Assembly: GCA_038153405.1 (NCBI GenBank)
Contig: JAYOYH010000041.1
Coordinates: 1 to 43,086, forward strand
Source of the DNA: Gemmatimonadota bacterium
Lineage (GTDB): Bacteria > Latescibacterota > UBA2968 > UBA8231
Direction: 5' to 3'
Length of the DNA: 43,086 nt
Under the pieces are notes generated by a model. The model was not told the origin of the DNA, ran no database searches, and saw nothing but the letters and a program-made list of their open reading frames with translations. This document shows positions 1-8,866 of the stretch, in pieces. Position numbers and translations under genes: made by a program. Positions within the stretch are counted from its first letter, which is position 1, and each line of letters starts with the position of its first letter.

Positions 1-642
1 GGCTACGTGCACCACGTGATGGACTTTCCCGGCTCGCTCAATATTCACCACGAGCACTTTGTGCAGTATGTGCTCGATATCACCAAGAGCTTGGCCTATC
101 ACGGTTTTAAGAAAATGATCATCGTCAACGGCCACGGTTCCAACCACAATTTGGTCGATATGGTCTCGCGGCGCACGATCGTTGAGACGGATGCCAGCTG
201 TGCCTACTGCTCGTGGTGGCAAATGCTAAAGGTCAATCCCGAGTTTCTGGAAGGGTGGCGCGAAAGCGTCTATCCCGGCGGCTGCTCGCACGCCGGCGAA
301 TTGGAGACGTCGATGCTGCTCTATCTGTCGCCTGAGAGCGTGCGCAAGGACAAGATCAAGAGCGAGATTGCGCGCACCAACAAGCTGGGTTCGAAATACT
401 TGTGGACGGATCTCTTTGCTTCGGGGCCGATGAATATCGTCGAGTGGACGAGTCAGTATTCGGAGAGCGGCGTCATGGGCGAAGCGGAGAAGGCCACCGC
501 GGAAAAGGGACGCCGCGCGTTTGAGGAAGCGAGCAAGAATTTAGCCGGATTTGTCGAGGAATACCACGGAATGGAGATCATGCAGCGCGCGCCCAAGCAG
601 GCGATGCCTCCGACGTTCCCGCTGTCGTTTCCGACGGACTGA
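1..642 (+). CDS. Creatininase / creatinine amidohydrolase family protein (5'-truncated by window edge)
   Basis: Frame is open from base 1 (GYVHHVMDFPGSL). Family motifs HHxxFPGS, NGHGSN, HAGELETS and SESGVMG are present. Confidence 0.85.
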   Translation, partial: GYVHHVMDFPGSLNIHHEHFVQYVLDITKSLAYHGFKKMIIVNGHGSNHNLVDMVSRRTIVETDASCAYCSWWQMLKVNPEFLEGWRESVYPGGCSHAGELETSMLLYLSPESVRKDKIKSEIARTNKLGSKYLWTDLFASGPMNIVEWTSQYSESGVMGEAEKATAEKGRRAFEEASKNLAGFVEEYHGMEIMQRAPKQAMPPTFPLSFPTD

Positions 643-673
643 GTGGGGGTGTAGAGGGCGCCGTATTGCTCCC

Positions 674-1246
674 TTAAAGCGGTGTTACGGTCTCGCTATC
701 TACGCGGTAGCGCGCCGCACAGGCAGGGCACGCCGTTTCGCCTAGTGGATCGGGCAGGCGCACGCCGCAGCGGCACACCCAGCCGATCCGGCGCCCCGGC
801 ACGCCGACGACCAGGCCGTATGCGGGAATGTCGGATGTGACGACGGCGCCGGCCCCCACCATAGCGTATTCACCGATATTCCAGCCGCAGACAATGGTGC
901 AGTTGGCGCCCAACGTGGCTCCGCGTCCGACGCGCGTCTGGCGAAACTCGTTTTTGCGTTCGATAAAGGCGCGCGGGTTGATGACGTTGGTGAAGACCAT
1001 AGAGGGTCCGCAGAATACGTCGTCTTCCAGCGTAACGCCCTTGTAGACGGAGACGTTGTTCTGTATTTTGCAGCCGTTGCCGATCTGTACATCGCGGTCG
1101 ATATAGACGTTTTGGCCGATATTGCACCCCGTGCCGATCTGGGCGCCGGGCATGATGTGGCAAAAGTGCCAGATAGACGTTTGTGTGCCGATGTGCACGG
1201 GGTTGTCTACCTGGGCCGTCTCGTGGACGAAATACTCAGCGGACAT
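674..1246 (-). CDS. Hexapeptide-repeat N-acetyltransferase, WbpD/WlbB-like
   Basis: Starts MSAEYFVHETA with GGAG upstream. Left-handed beta-helix repeats, IWHFCHI, KIQNNVSVY, FCGPSMVFTNVINPR, and C-terminal CxC...CxxC. Confidence 0.85.
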   Translation of the reverse strand: MSAEYFVHETAQVDNPVHIGTQTSIWHFCHIMPGAQIGTGCNIGQNVYIDRDVQIGNGCKIQNNVSVYKGVTLEDDVFCGPSMVFTNVINPRAFIERKNEFRQTRVGRGATLGANCTIVCGWNIGEYAMVGAGAVVTSDIPAYGLVVGVPGRRIGWVCRCGVRLPDPLGETACPACAARYRVDSETVTPL

Positions 1247-1323
1247 ATGGGCTCCATTCGGATGAAGTGCATCGGAGACGCGGTGCACACCAAATATACG
1301 CACAGGTAAAGGGAGGATGCAGT

Positions 1324-2292
1324 ATGAAACTGGCCACATTTAGCGCCGGCGGTCAACAGCGCTTGGGAGCGATCGTTGCCGGCGATGCCGTCGCCATTGA
1401 TTTGGCACGCGCCGAGCAGGCGCTGGCGCGCAGCGAGAAGCGCAAAGCGCACGACTTTTTCGGCGATATGCTGACCCTGCTGGAAGCGGGTAGCAAAGGC
1501 ATTAGTGCAGCTAAGAAGGCGGCCAAGGCGGCCGAGGCCAAGCTGGGCAAGCCCGACGGCAAGACGTCGTTTGCCCTTTCGCGCGTTCGGCTGCGCGCGC
1601 CCGTGCCCAATCCGCGCAAGGTATTCTGCCTAGCCGGTAACTACCAAGACCACATCGAAGAAGGCGGCCGCGCCAAACTCGCCATTCAGGACAAGGAGAC
1701 GCCGCGCGTCTTTATGAAGCCGCCGACCACGACGGTCGTTGGGCCCGGCGATAAGATTCTCATTCCGCCGATAGCCAACTCGATCGATTGGGAAGGCGAG
1801 TTGGCCGTTGTCATGGGCCGCACGTGCAAGGGGGTCAAGGCCAAGGACGCGCTGAAATACGTCGCCGGCTACACCGTAATGAACGACGTTTCAGAGCGCG
1901 CGCTGCGCATCAAAAAGCGCACGGATAGCCGGCCGCGCGACGAGTGGTTTGACTGGCTTAACGGCAAGTGGCTGGATACCTTCGCGCCGCAGGGGCCGTG
2001 GCTGGTTACGCGCGACGAGATTCCCGATCCGCAGGTGCTCGATATCAGCACCTTTATCAACGGCGAGCGCAAACAGCACAACAACACGGGCCAGATGCTC
2101 TATCCGGTCGACAAAGTCATCGAATATATTTCGGCGATCATTACCCTTGAGCCCGGCGACTTGATTAGCACCGGCACCATCTCCGGAGTCGGCGCGACCA
2201 CCGGCACCTTTATGCAGCCCGGTGACAAAGTACAAGTGGAAATATCTCGGATTGGCGTGCTGAAAAACAGCGTGGCCGCCAGCAAGAAATAG
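1324..2292 (+). CDS. Fumarylacetoacetate hydrolase (FAH) family protein
   Basis: GGAGG RBS before ATG 1324. Motifs CLAGNYQDH, DWEGEL, NDVSER, GKWLDTFAPQGP, LEPGDLISTGT. Confidence 0.9.
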   Translation: MKLATFSAGGQQRLGAIVAGDAVAIDLARAEQALARSEKRKAHDFFGDMLTLLEAGSKGISAAKKAAKAAEAKLGKPDGKTSFALSRVRLRAPVPNPRKVFCLAGNYQDHIEEGGRAKLAIQDKETPRVFMKPPTTTVVGPGDKILIPPIANSIDWEGELAVVMGRTCKGVKAKDALKYVAGYTVMNDVSERALRIKKRTDSRPRDEWFDWLNGKWLDTFAPQGPWLVTRDEIPDPQVLDISTFINGERKQHNNTGQMLYPVDKVIEYISAIITLEPGDLISTGTISGVGATTGTFMQPGDKVQVEISRIGVLKNSVAASKK

Positions 2293-2298
2293 TCCTAC

Positions 2299-3519
2299 TT
2301 GGACGATGAGCAACACGAGGCAGAGGTCGCTAGCGGCCTGCTGAGCCGCGCTTTTGTGGTCCTCTGCCTCGTCTACTTTCTCAACAGCTTCCTATCGGCG
2401 CCTTTTTCCGCTCTCTTCCCCGTTTACATAGAGGCAGACCTAGCGCGCCCGCCGTGGTTTACCGGCTATTTGCGCGCCCTGATGCTGCTGTTGGGCGGCA
2501 TCTTTGCGGTGATTGCCGGGCGCCTCTGTGATCGCTTGGGCCTCAAGGTGACGCTGATCATCGGCCTGGCCGGCTCGGCATTGACCGGTCTCGTGTTTCG
2601 CACGGGAGATCCAGCCGGCCTGTCGCTGCTGCTCTTTGTTATGGGGGCGGCCAGCGGTCCTTGGTCGACGGCGGGGCAGAGCATCCTCATTCGTGCCGTC
2701 AAGCCAGCGCATCTGGGCTTGGGCGGGGCGCTCTACTTCCTCAGTAACACGCTGGGCAATTCGCTGGGCAGCCTGTGCACGGGACTGGTCAAGGCGGACT
2801 GGTCTTTTGCACAGATCGGCGTGGCGATGAGCGTAGGTATGTTGGTTGTCATCGCTTTGGCGGGTTTGCTGCTGCCCGGCGATAGGGAGTCTACAGGGGG
2901 CGGCCAGACAAGAGATGATTCTTCGCTGTGGACGGCCTACAGACCGCTGCTGCTGCGCGGTGAGATTTGGTTGCTGTTGAGCCTGCGCCTGACCATTACC
3001 ACCTTCTGGGGCATGGCGACGCTGGCCATGCCGCTGCTGATTTATCGCGTGGGACAGAGCGAGGCACTGCCGGCCTACTTCGCCTCCGTTTCGCTGGTCG
3101 TCGCCGCTGGATGCCAGTTGGGCACCGGCGTGCTCAACGACCGACTGGGCCATAGGAAGCCGCTGCTGTTTGCCGCTAGTGGCATATGTTTGAGCGCGCT
3201 AGGAATGGCCCTCTTTCGCGATTCGCTGCTGGGGCTCTTTGTTTGCGGCACGGCGCTAACGGGCACGGCGTGGGCCGTATCCACGCTGATTCCAAAGTTA
3301 ATCAACGATGTGGCCGGCCCCGACGAAAAGAATCGCCTCGTCGGACTGGGGCACATGGCGTGGAGCGCCTCCATGGTCAGCGGCAGTCTGATCGGCGGCT
3401 ATTTAATCGACCTGCACCCGGCGCTGCCCTTTGCCATTGGCGCGCTGTTGGCCGCTGGCGGAACGTTTGGCGCCTGGCGCCTATGCGCCTATCTGGACAG
3501 CAGGCACAGCGGGGCTTAG
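2299..3519 (+). CDS. MFS transporter
   Basis: About 12 hydrophobic segments. Motif A-like GRLCDRLGLK and GVLNDRLGHRK in both halves. Confidence 0.85.
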   Translation: MDDEQHEAEVASGLLSRAFVVLCLVYFLNSFLSAPFSALFPVYIEADLARPPWFTGYLRALMLLLGGIFAVIAGRLCDRLGLKVTLIIGLAGSALTGLVFRTGDPAGLSLLLFVMGAASGPWSTAGQSILIRAVKPAHLGLGGALYFLSNTLGNSLGSLCTGLVKADWSFAQIGVAMSVGMLVVIALAGLLLPGDRESTGGGQTRDDSSLWTAYRPLLLRGEIWLLLSLRLTITTFWGMATLAMPLLIYRVGQSEALPAYFASVSLVVAAGCQLGTGVLNDRLGHRKPLLFAASGICLSALGMALFRDSLLGLFVCGTALTGTAWAVSTLIPKLINDVAGPDEKNRLVGLGHMAWSASMVSGSLIGGYLIDLHPALPFAIGALLAAGGTFGAWRLCAYLDSRHSGA

Positions 3520-3588
3520 AATAGGAGACCGCGTTAACCAAAGTGAGCGCAACGCTCCTTTGCTCCCCGGCGAAACGGGCGCACGGCC

Positions 3589-4728
3589 ATGCAAAAACTT
3601 CGCTTATTATTGGTCACGCTATCGCACTTCTGCGTCGATAGCTATGCCACCCTGCTGCAGCCGGTGCTGCCTCTGCTCAAAGCCAATCTCGGGCTCACGC
3701 TCGCACAGACGGGCTTTCTGGGCACCATCGTTTCGATATGCAATATTAGCCAGCCGTTGATGGGCCTGTGGGCCGACCGCATGGGACGGCGCTATCTGGT
3801 CATAGCAGGGCTGCTGCTGTGCTCCATTTTCTCGCCGCTGATGGGCGTAGCTCCTAGCTATGCGCTGTTGGTGGTTGCATTGGCCCTCGGCGGCATCGGC
3901 GTGGCCGCCTTCCATCCACAGGTTTTCTCGCTGGCCGGCGAACTGAGCGGCGAGCGCCGCTCGTTCGGACTGGCGCTCTTTATCTTTGGCGGCACAATGG
4001 GCTTGGGCTTGGCACCGCTGTGGTTGCCGCTCTATGCCGAGAGGATCGGTCTGCAGGCTCTGCCGCTGGTTTCCATACCCGGTCTCATCTTCGTGCTCCT
4101 GCTGGTTCGCTTTGTGCCGTTGGACAACCCGCACTTTAACGAGGGGCGCACGGCGGCCAACTGGCGCCTCTTGGGTCGGCATGCCGGACCGTTGGCGCTG
4201 ATTACGCTCATCGTGGTGATGCGCTCGATAACGGGCTTGGGCTTTGGCACCTTCCTATCGCTGCTTGGCGAGGAGCGCGGGCTGGACCTGATCATGGGTG
4301 GGGTCGCGCTGGGCGTCTACAATATAGCCGGCGTCGTCGGCGCGCTGATCGCTGGCTACATGGCCGATCGCATAGCGCCTAAGGTCATTGTGTGCACCTC
4401 GCTCTTTCTATCCGCGCCGCCGCTCTACGCCTTTGTGTCGACGGGCGATGTGCTGACCGGATACGTGCTGCTGGCGGTGGGTGGCGGGTTGCTGCTGGCT
4501 TCCAATTCGATTATGGTGGCTCTCGCGCAGGAACTCGCGCCGGAAAATTCTGGACTGGCCTCGAGTCTGCCACTGGGGTTGAGCTGGGGGTTGGCCAGTA
4601 CCAGCCTGCCGATTATCGGCGGCATGGCCGACCAGATCGGCGTCGCCGAAACGCTGAAGTACCTCGCACTGCTGCCCGTATTGACGGGCGCACTTGCCCT
4701 ATTTTTGCCCTCTGCAAACAGGAGCTGA
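3589..4728 (+). CDS. MFS transporter (Fsr-like subfamily)
   Basis: SHFCVDSY, QPLMGLWADRMGRR, GVAAFHP and GYMADRI are typical of Fsr-like MFS proteins. Confidence 0.85.
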   Translation: MQKLRLLLVTLSHFCVDSYATLLQPVLPLLKANLGLTLAQTGFLGTIVSICNISQPLMGLWADRMGRRYLVIAGLLLCSIFSPLMGVAPSYALLVVALALGGIGVAAFHPQVFSLAGELSGERRSFGLALFIFGGTMGLGLAPLWLPLYAERIGLQALPLVSIPGLIFVLLLVRFVPLDNPHFNEGRTAANWRLLGRHAGPLALITLIVVMRSITGLGFGTFLSLLGEERGLDLIMGGVALGVYNIAGVVGALIAGYMADRIAPKVIVCTSLFLSAPPLYAFVSTGDVLTGYVLLAVGGGLLLASNSIMVALAQELAPENSGLASSLPLGLSWGLASTSLPIIGGMADQIGVAETLKYLALLPVLTGALALFLPSANRS

Positions 4729-4729
4729 T

Positions 4730-5518
4730 ATGGCTGATGAACTGCTCTTACTGACGCGCGAACAGAAGGAATCCTTTGATGCCGATGGTTTTTTGCACCT
4801 GAAGGGTTTTTACGATGCCGCGGAGATGGAAGAGATGCGCCGCCAGTTTGGCGAATTGGTCTGTCAGCCAGAAGGGCGTCCAAAGAATATGAGTTACGCC
4901 TTTATGGAAAGCCCAGAAGGTTATCAGGCCGATGCGTATAATCCCAAGAACGTAGTGGGTATGATGGACCAAACGCTGGCCAACGACTATTGGTTTGATC
5001 AGTTTACCGAGCCGCGCATTGTATCGGTGATGTGCGACCTGCTGGGCCCCAATATCGATTTTCACAATGGCAAGGTGCGCAACAAGCCGCCGGGCTATAC
5101 CTGCACGCAGGGTTGGCATCAGGACTGGCCCTACGAGCGCCATTCGCGTCCCGAGTTGGCTGCTGCCATTACCTATCTCGACCCGACGGACTTTGAGGCC
5201 GGAGCGACCGAAGCCGTGCCGGGAAGCCATCTGAAGGGCGAGTGGCCAACGCAGGAGGGGAGCCACACGATTTCGGATGCGGCCGTTCCCGACGGCGAGC
5301 ACGTCGTGGTGCGCGCCGAACCGGGCGACGTGTTGGTCATTCACGTATTGGTCGTGCACCGGGCTGGCCACAACTATACGCCGCGCGCGCGCCATGCTAT
5401 AATAAACGAGTACAAGACGGCCGAAGCGATTGACCAGTGGAACAATCGCTGTGCCTTTGCGGGTCTGCCGCTGACGCGCAGCCGCCGGTTGCTTATGCCG
5501 CGCGTCGCGACTGCATGA
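4730..5518 (+). CDS. Phytanoyl-CoA dioxygenase (PhyH) family Fe(II)/2OG oxygenase
   Basis: AGGAG RBS. Motifs FDADGFL, WHQD, VPGSH, GDVLVIH..VVHRAG..N; HxD...H triad intact. Confidence 0.88.
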   Translation: MADELLLLTREQKESFDADGFLHLKGFYDAAEMEEMRRQFGELVCQPEGRPKNMSYAFMESPEGYQADAYNPKNVVGMMDQTLANDYWFDQFTEPRIVSVMCDLLGPNIDFHNGKVRNKPPGYTCTQGWHQDWPYERHSRPELAAAITYLDPTDFEAGATEAVPGSHLKGEWPTQEGSHTISDAAVPDGEHVVVRAEPGDVLVIHVLVVHRAGHNYTPRARHAIINEYKTAEAIDQWNNRCAFAGLPLTRSRRLLMPRVATA

Positions 5519-5688
5519 TATGCGGCAGCAGTCCCCGTACCTGTTGCGGTGTGGCGTGGTCTGCACTTGGCGATCATCGTGGAAAGTGTTCCAGTCGCGA
5601 GTCGAGTGTGAACGTCGCGCTCGTTGTCGGCGCGATCGGCGCGCAGGCCTACATACTGCTCATGCATATTAGCCCATAGGAGAACCTC

Positions 5689-6327
5689 ATGTACGAAGAA
5701 TGGAAACCGATTTATACAGCGCTGGCCTGCGATATAATGGACCAGCTTGGTCGGCGCGATCAGGCGATGAGCTACGATATACGGCCAAGCCATCCGCACG
5801 CACATATTGCCGGCACGGCGGTCACGCTCGACGCCTACACCAATCATCAGGCGCACGAAGATCCCTACGGTCAGATCTTTGCCGCCTACGATGTGGTCAA
5901 GGCGGGTGACGTATTTGTCGTGGCGACCAACGGCGAGTGTCGTTCGGGTCTGTGGGGCGAACTACTGTCGACTGCGGCCAAGGCCAGAGGCGTCGAGTCG
6001 GTGATCACCGACGGTCTAGTGCGCGATATTCGCCAGATGAACAGCATGGGATTCAACTGTTTCAGCAAGGGGTGTTCGCCGCTCGACTCGGCTGGGCGCA
6101 TTGTGCCGGAATCGGTTAATGAACCGATTCTCTGCGGTGGTGTACAGGTGTATCCCGGCGATTTCGTACTGGCCGATTACGACGGTGTCGCCGTTATCCC
6201 TGCGGCGATAAAGGACGAAGTATACAAGAAGTCGATGGAAAAATTGGAGGGCGAGAATACTGTGCGTGACGAACTGGCATCAGGGCGCTCACCGCGCGAG
6301 GTATTCGACGAATACGGCATCCTTTGA
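5689..6327 (+). CDS. RraA / HMG-aldolase family protein
   Basis: AGGAG RBS. Motifs GLWGELLSTAAKARG, DGLVRD, GGVQVYPGDFVLADYDGVAVIP. Confidence 0.88.
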   Translation: MYEEWKPIYTALACDIMDQLGRRDQAMSYDIRPSHPHAHIAGTAVTLDAYTNHQAHEDPYGQIFAAYDVVKAGDVFVVATNGECRSGLWGELLSTAAKARGVESVITDGLVRDIRQMNSMGFNCFSKGCSPLDSAGRIVPESVNEPILCGGVQVYPGDFVLADYDGVAVIPAAIKDEVYKKSMEKLEGENTVRDELASGRSPREVFDEYGIL

Positions 6328-6368
6328 GCGCGCCGGTGTGCTCAGATGGGTAGCGGAGCTGCGCGTTA

Positions 6369-7253
6369 TCAACGCGCGCGGGTTAGCGAGTCCACCGCGT
6401 CGCGTAGCTGTTTGGGGTCGATGGGCTTGCCGACGAATGCATTGAAGTCGTAGTGGCTCAGCGAGTCGATGTCGAGCGCACCCGACGTGGCGACAATGGG
6501 CAGGTCGGGGTAGAGGGTGCGCAAATTCATCAAGAGCGTGCATCCGTCCATTTGCGGCATGCGAATATCGGTGATGACCAGATCGAGCGAACGCGAGCGC
6601 ATAATGTCGAGCGCTTCGCTGCCGCTGCTGGCTTCGTAGACTTCGTAGTTCGACAGGATGTGCCGGACTAGCCAGCGGCACTCGGGCTCGTCGTCCACGA
6701 CCAATACCTTGGGCTGTTCAGCCGCTTGAGCCGACTGCAGTTGTGCAGCCACTGTGCGCAGTTCTTCTTCCAACGACCCGATCCGATCTCTCAGGTGCTG
6801 TTGCTGTTCTATCTCGCCCTGATGGGTGCGCTGCTGACGCTGTCGAGTGAGTATCTGCGCCAGATTGCGGTACATGACCAATTGGGCTTCTTTATCGTTG
6901 TCGAGGACGTCGAGAAAGAGCTGGCGCGCGATGGACAGTATATGACAGGTACTCAGCGTTTGCACGTTGCTTGAGAAGCGCTGTTCGGACAGAATTTCCA
7001 CGCCGCCTAAAAGGGCGAACGCGCGCAGGCTGCCGGACTCTACTGTGTCGGCGCGTCGGCGCGAGCACTCCCCAGCACAGAGGATCAGCAGCTCAGTGGG
7101 TGCATCACCGGTCGAGCACAGCACCTGCTCCGCGTCTTGGACGCGGTGTTCGCTTACGGACAGCAGCGCGCGCAGGGCACTAGCCGAAACGCCGTTGAAT
7201 AGGTCGATTCTGCCGATGACCTGTACGAGTACGTCACTGGGTGCTTTGGACAT
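6369..7253 (-). CDS. Cyclic-nucleotide-binding-like domain + coiled coil + response regulator receiver
   Basis: N-terminus IDLFNGVS..L..L, VLCSTGD, LLILCAGE resembles a CAP/cNMP fold. Q-rich helix follows. C-terminal VLVVDDE...DLVITDIRMPQMDG...KP receiver. Start codon uncertain. Confidence 0.75.
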   Translation of the reverse strand: MSKAPSDVLVQVIGRIDLFNGVSASALRALLSVSEHRVQDAEQVLCSTGDAPTELLILCAGECSRRRADTVESGSLRAFALLGGVEILSEQRFSSNVQTLSTCHILSIARQLFLDVLDNDKEAQLVMYRNLAQILTRQRQQRTHQGEIEQQQHLRDRIGSLEEELRTVAAQLQSAQAAEQPKVLVVDDEPECRWLVRHILSNYEVYEASSGSEALDIMRSRSLDLVITDIRMPQMDGCTLLMNLRTLYPDLPIVATSGALDIDSLSHYDFNAFVGKPIDPKQLRDAVDSLTRAR

Positions 7254-7366
7254 GGGTTTCGCAGTACATTTCTTTAGTGAACGTACAAATATAAGCAAAC
7301 ACGGTAATCTGTCAGCTTGTTGGCCCGCCGTCTGCGTGCGATATCGGTGCGGCGTGGCAGCGGTGT

Positions 7367-8755
7367 TTAGGCGAGCCAATAGGAGAATAGATTGGCGCGT
7401 TTCATGCGAAAGCGCAAGCGCACCGCATGGCCGCGGAGCGCGGCCAGCGGACGATCAAAGCGCAGCGCCGTCTCCGTGCGATCCTTTACCATCGGCAGCG
7501 ACGTATAGCCGGGTAGCGGCGATCCCACATCGTCGGTCACTTCCACTTGGAGATAGCCGCGGCTGTCGGCGTTGACGCAGAGTTGGTCACCTTCTACGTA
7601 TATGGGTTTGGTCAGCAGTGAACCCTCTTCATCGCCCGCCTCCACAGACGCGAAGCCGTCGCGGCGCAGCGTCGCCAGCCCTATGGCCGAACGGTCGGTG
7701 CGCTCTACTCGGGCGAATTTGCGGCCAGTGTGCGGGCCCTGCACGCCGCCGTAATAGAGATATATCTCGTCGCCGACGGCGATGAAGTGTTGGCTGATGC
7801 GCACCATGCCGTCTTCCCATGATCCGCGTTCGCCCAAGCCGAGAAAGGTCTGCCGGTCGAGCACGCGCTGCCAGTGGATGCCGTCGCGACTGCAGGCTAG
7901 CGAAGTGTCGATACAGCCGTCGACGCCCTCGCGGTAGACCCATACCATGCCCAAATACATGCCCTCGTACATGCTGAGCGGCATGCCGTAGAACTGGGTG
8001 CCCTCTTCGTCCCACTCATCGGCGGCAAAAACCGTACGTGGCTGGTCAAAGTGCACGCCATCGCGGCTCTCGGAGCGAGCGATTCGGCGTCCCCCCGATC
8101 CCATTCTTCCAAAGGCGACATAGGTTTGGAGGCGCTCGTCCCAAACCAGCGACTGCGTGGTATCGCTGCCTAGAGCGATCACCGGATTTTCCGCGCAGTT
8201 TTGCCAGTGAATGCCGTCTGGCGAAAAGGACATCCACATGCCGTCGCCATCGCCCTGTCCCCAGATCAGGCGTCCTTGGTGCTCTACAAAGGTATCCGTG
8301 CCGCCGTGCTCCCAATAGAAGGCTTTATAGCGTCGCGCAGGATCGGCGTCGCGCTCGTCGTAGAGCAAGGCAAAGCCCTCGCAGTTGCTGCGACCGACGT
8401 CGATCAAATTATTGGCCGTTGAGCCGGCAAAGTCGACCTGGTTGAGCGTTGGTTTGTCCCAGTGCACCCCGTCGCGCGATTCGGCGTAACCCAGCAGCGT
8501 GCAGTTGCCCAGCGCGCGCCGTCCGCGAATCTGCACGAAGTCATCGGTCTGCGGTCCGGTTAGGTACCACATTTTGAACAGTCCATCGCGCGGGTCGCGC
8601 AGGACCGTTCCGTAGAGTGAGGCAAAGCGCTCCCAAGGATATTCACCTTGTAGGACGGGGTTGTTGGGATGGCGGTGCGGGGCGTGTATGCGACGGTGTA
8701 AATGTTCCATGCGCGTCACGTCCTGCAGATCTAAAAAGAGGTGTCTATAGCCCAT
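7367..8755 (-). CDS. Five-bladed beta-propeller glycoside hydrolase-like protein (GH32/43/130 clan-like)
   Basis: Repeated S-x-D-G-x-H-W blade motifs (SRDGVHW, SPDGIHW, SRDGVHF, SRDGIHW), HPNNPVL, YLYYGG, and a C-terminal RRDGFASV beta-sandwich. No signal peptide visible. Confidence 0.7.
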   Translation of the reverse strand: MGYRHLFLDLQDVTRMEHLHRRIHAPHRHPNNPVLQGEYPWERFASLYGTVLRDPRDGLFKMWYLTGPQTDDFVQIRGRRALGNCTLLGYAESRDGVHWDKPTLNQVDFAGSTANNLIDVGRSNCEGFALLYDERDADPARRYKAFYWEHGGTDTFVEHQGRLIWGQGDGDGMWMSFSPDGIHWQNCAENPVIALGSDTTQSLVWDERLQTYVAFGRMGSGGRRIARSESRDGVHFDQPRTVFAADEWDEEGTQFYGMPLSMYEGMYLGMVWVYREGVDGCIDTSLACSRDGIHWQRVLDRQTFLGLGERGSWEDGMVRISQHFIAVGDEIYLYYGGVQGPHTGRKFARVERTDRSAIGLATLRRDGFASVEAGDEEGSLLTKPIYVEGDQLCVNADSRGYLQVEVTDDVGSPLPGYTSLPMVKDRTETALRFDRPLAALRGHAVRLRFRMKRANLFSYWLA

Positions 8756-8866
8756 AGCGTCGATCATTTTGGCCAATATGATGCGCAAGTGCGCGATCGA
8801 CAAGGGGGGCGCATGCCGATAGGTCGTAGCGCTTGGGTTGGAGTGATAGCTCCAAGAGCCACGGGT

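Noticed and set aside
1..642. Mycofactocin peptidase MftE
   Set aside because: Only general creatininase-family motifs are seen, and no mftA-D genes are in the window.
1183..1323. N-terminal extensions in the ORF track (also 1339, 7379, 19800, 23250, 31470, 33607, 36346, 38324, 41318)
   Set aside because: They overlap neighbouring genes or precede the family-typical N-terminus; downstream starts with an RBS or stop-start coupling fit better.
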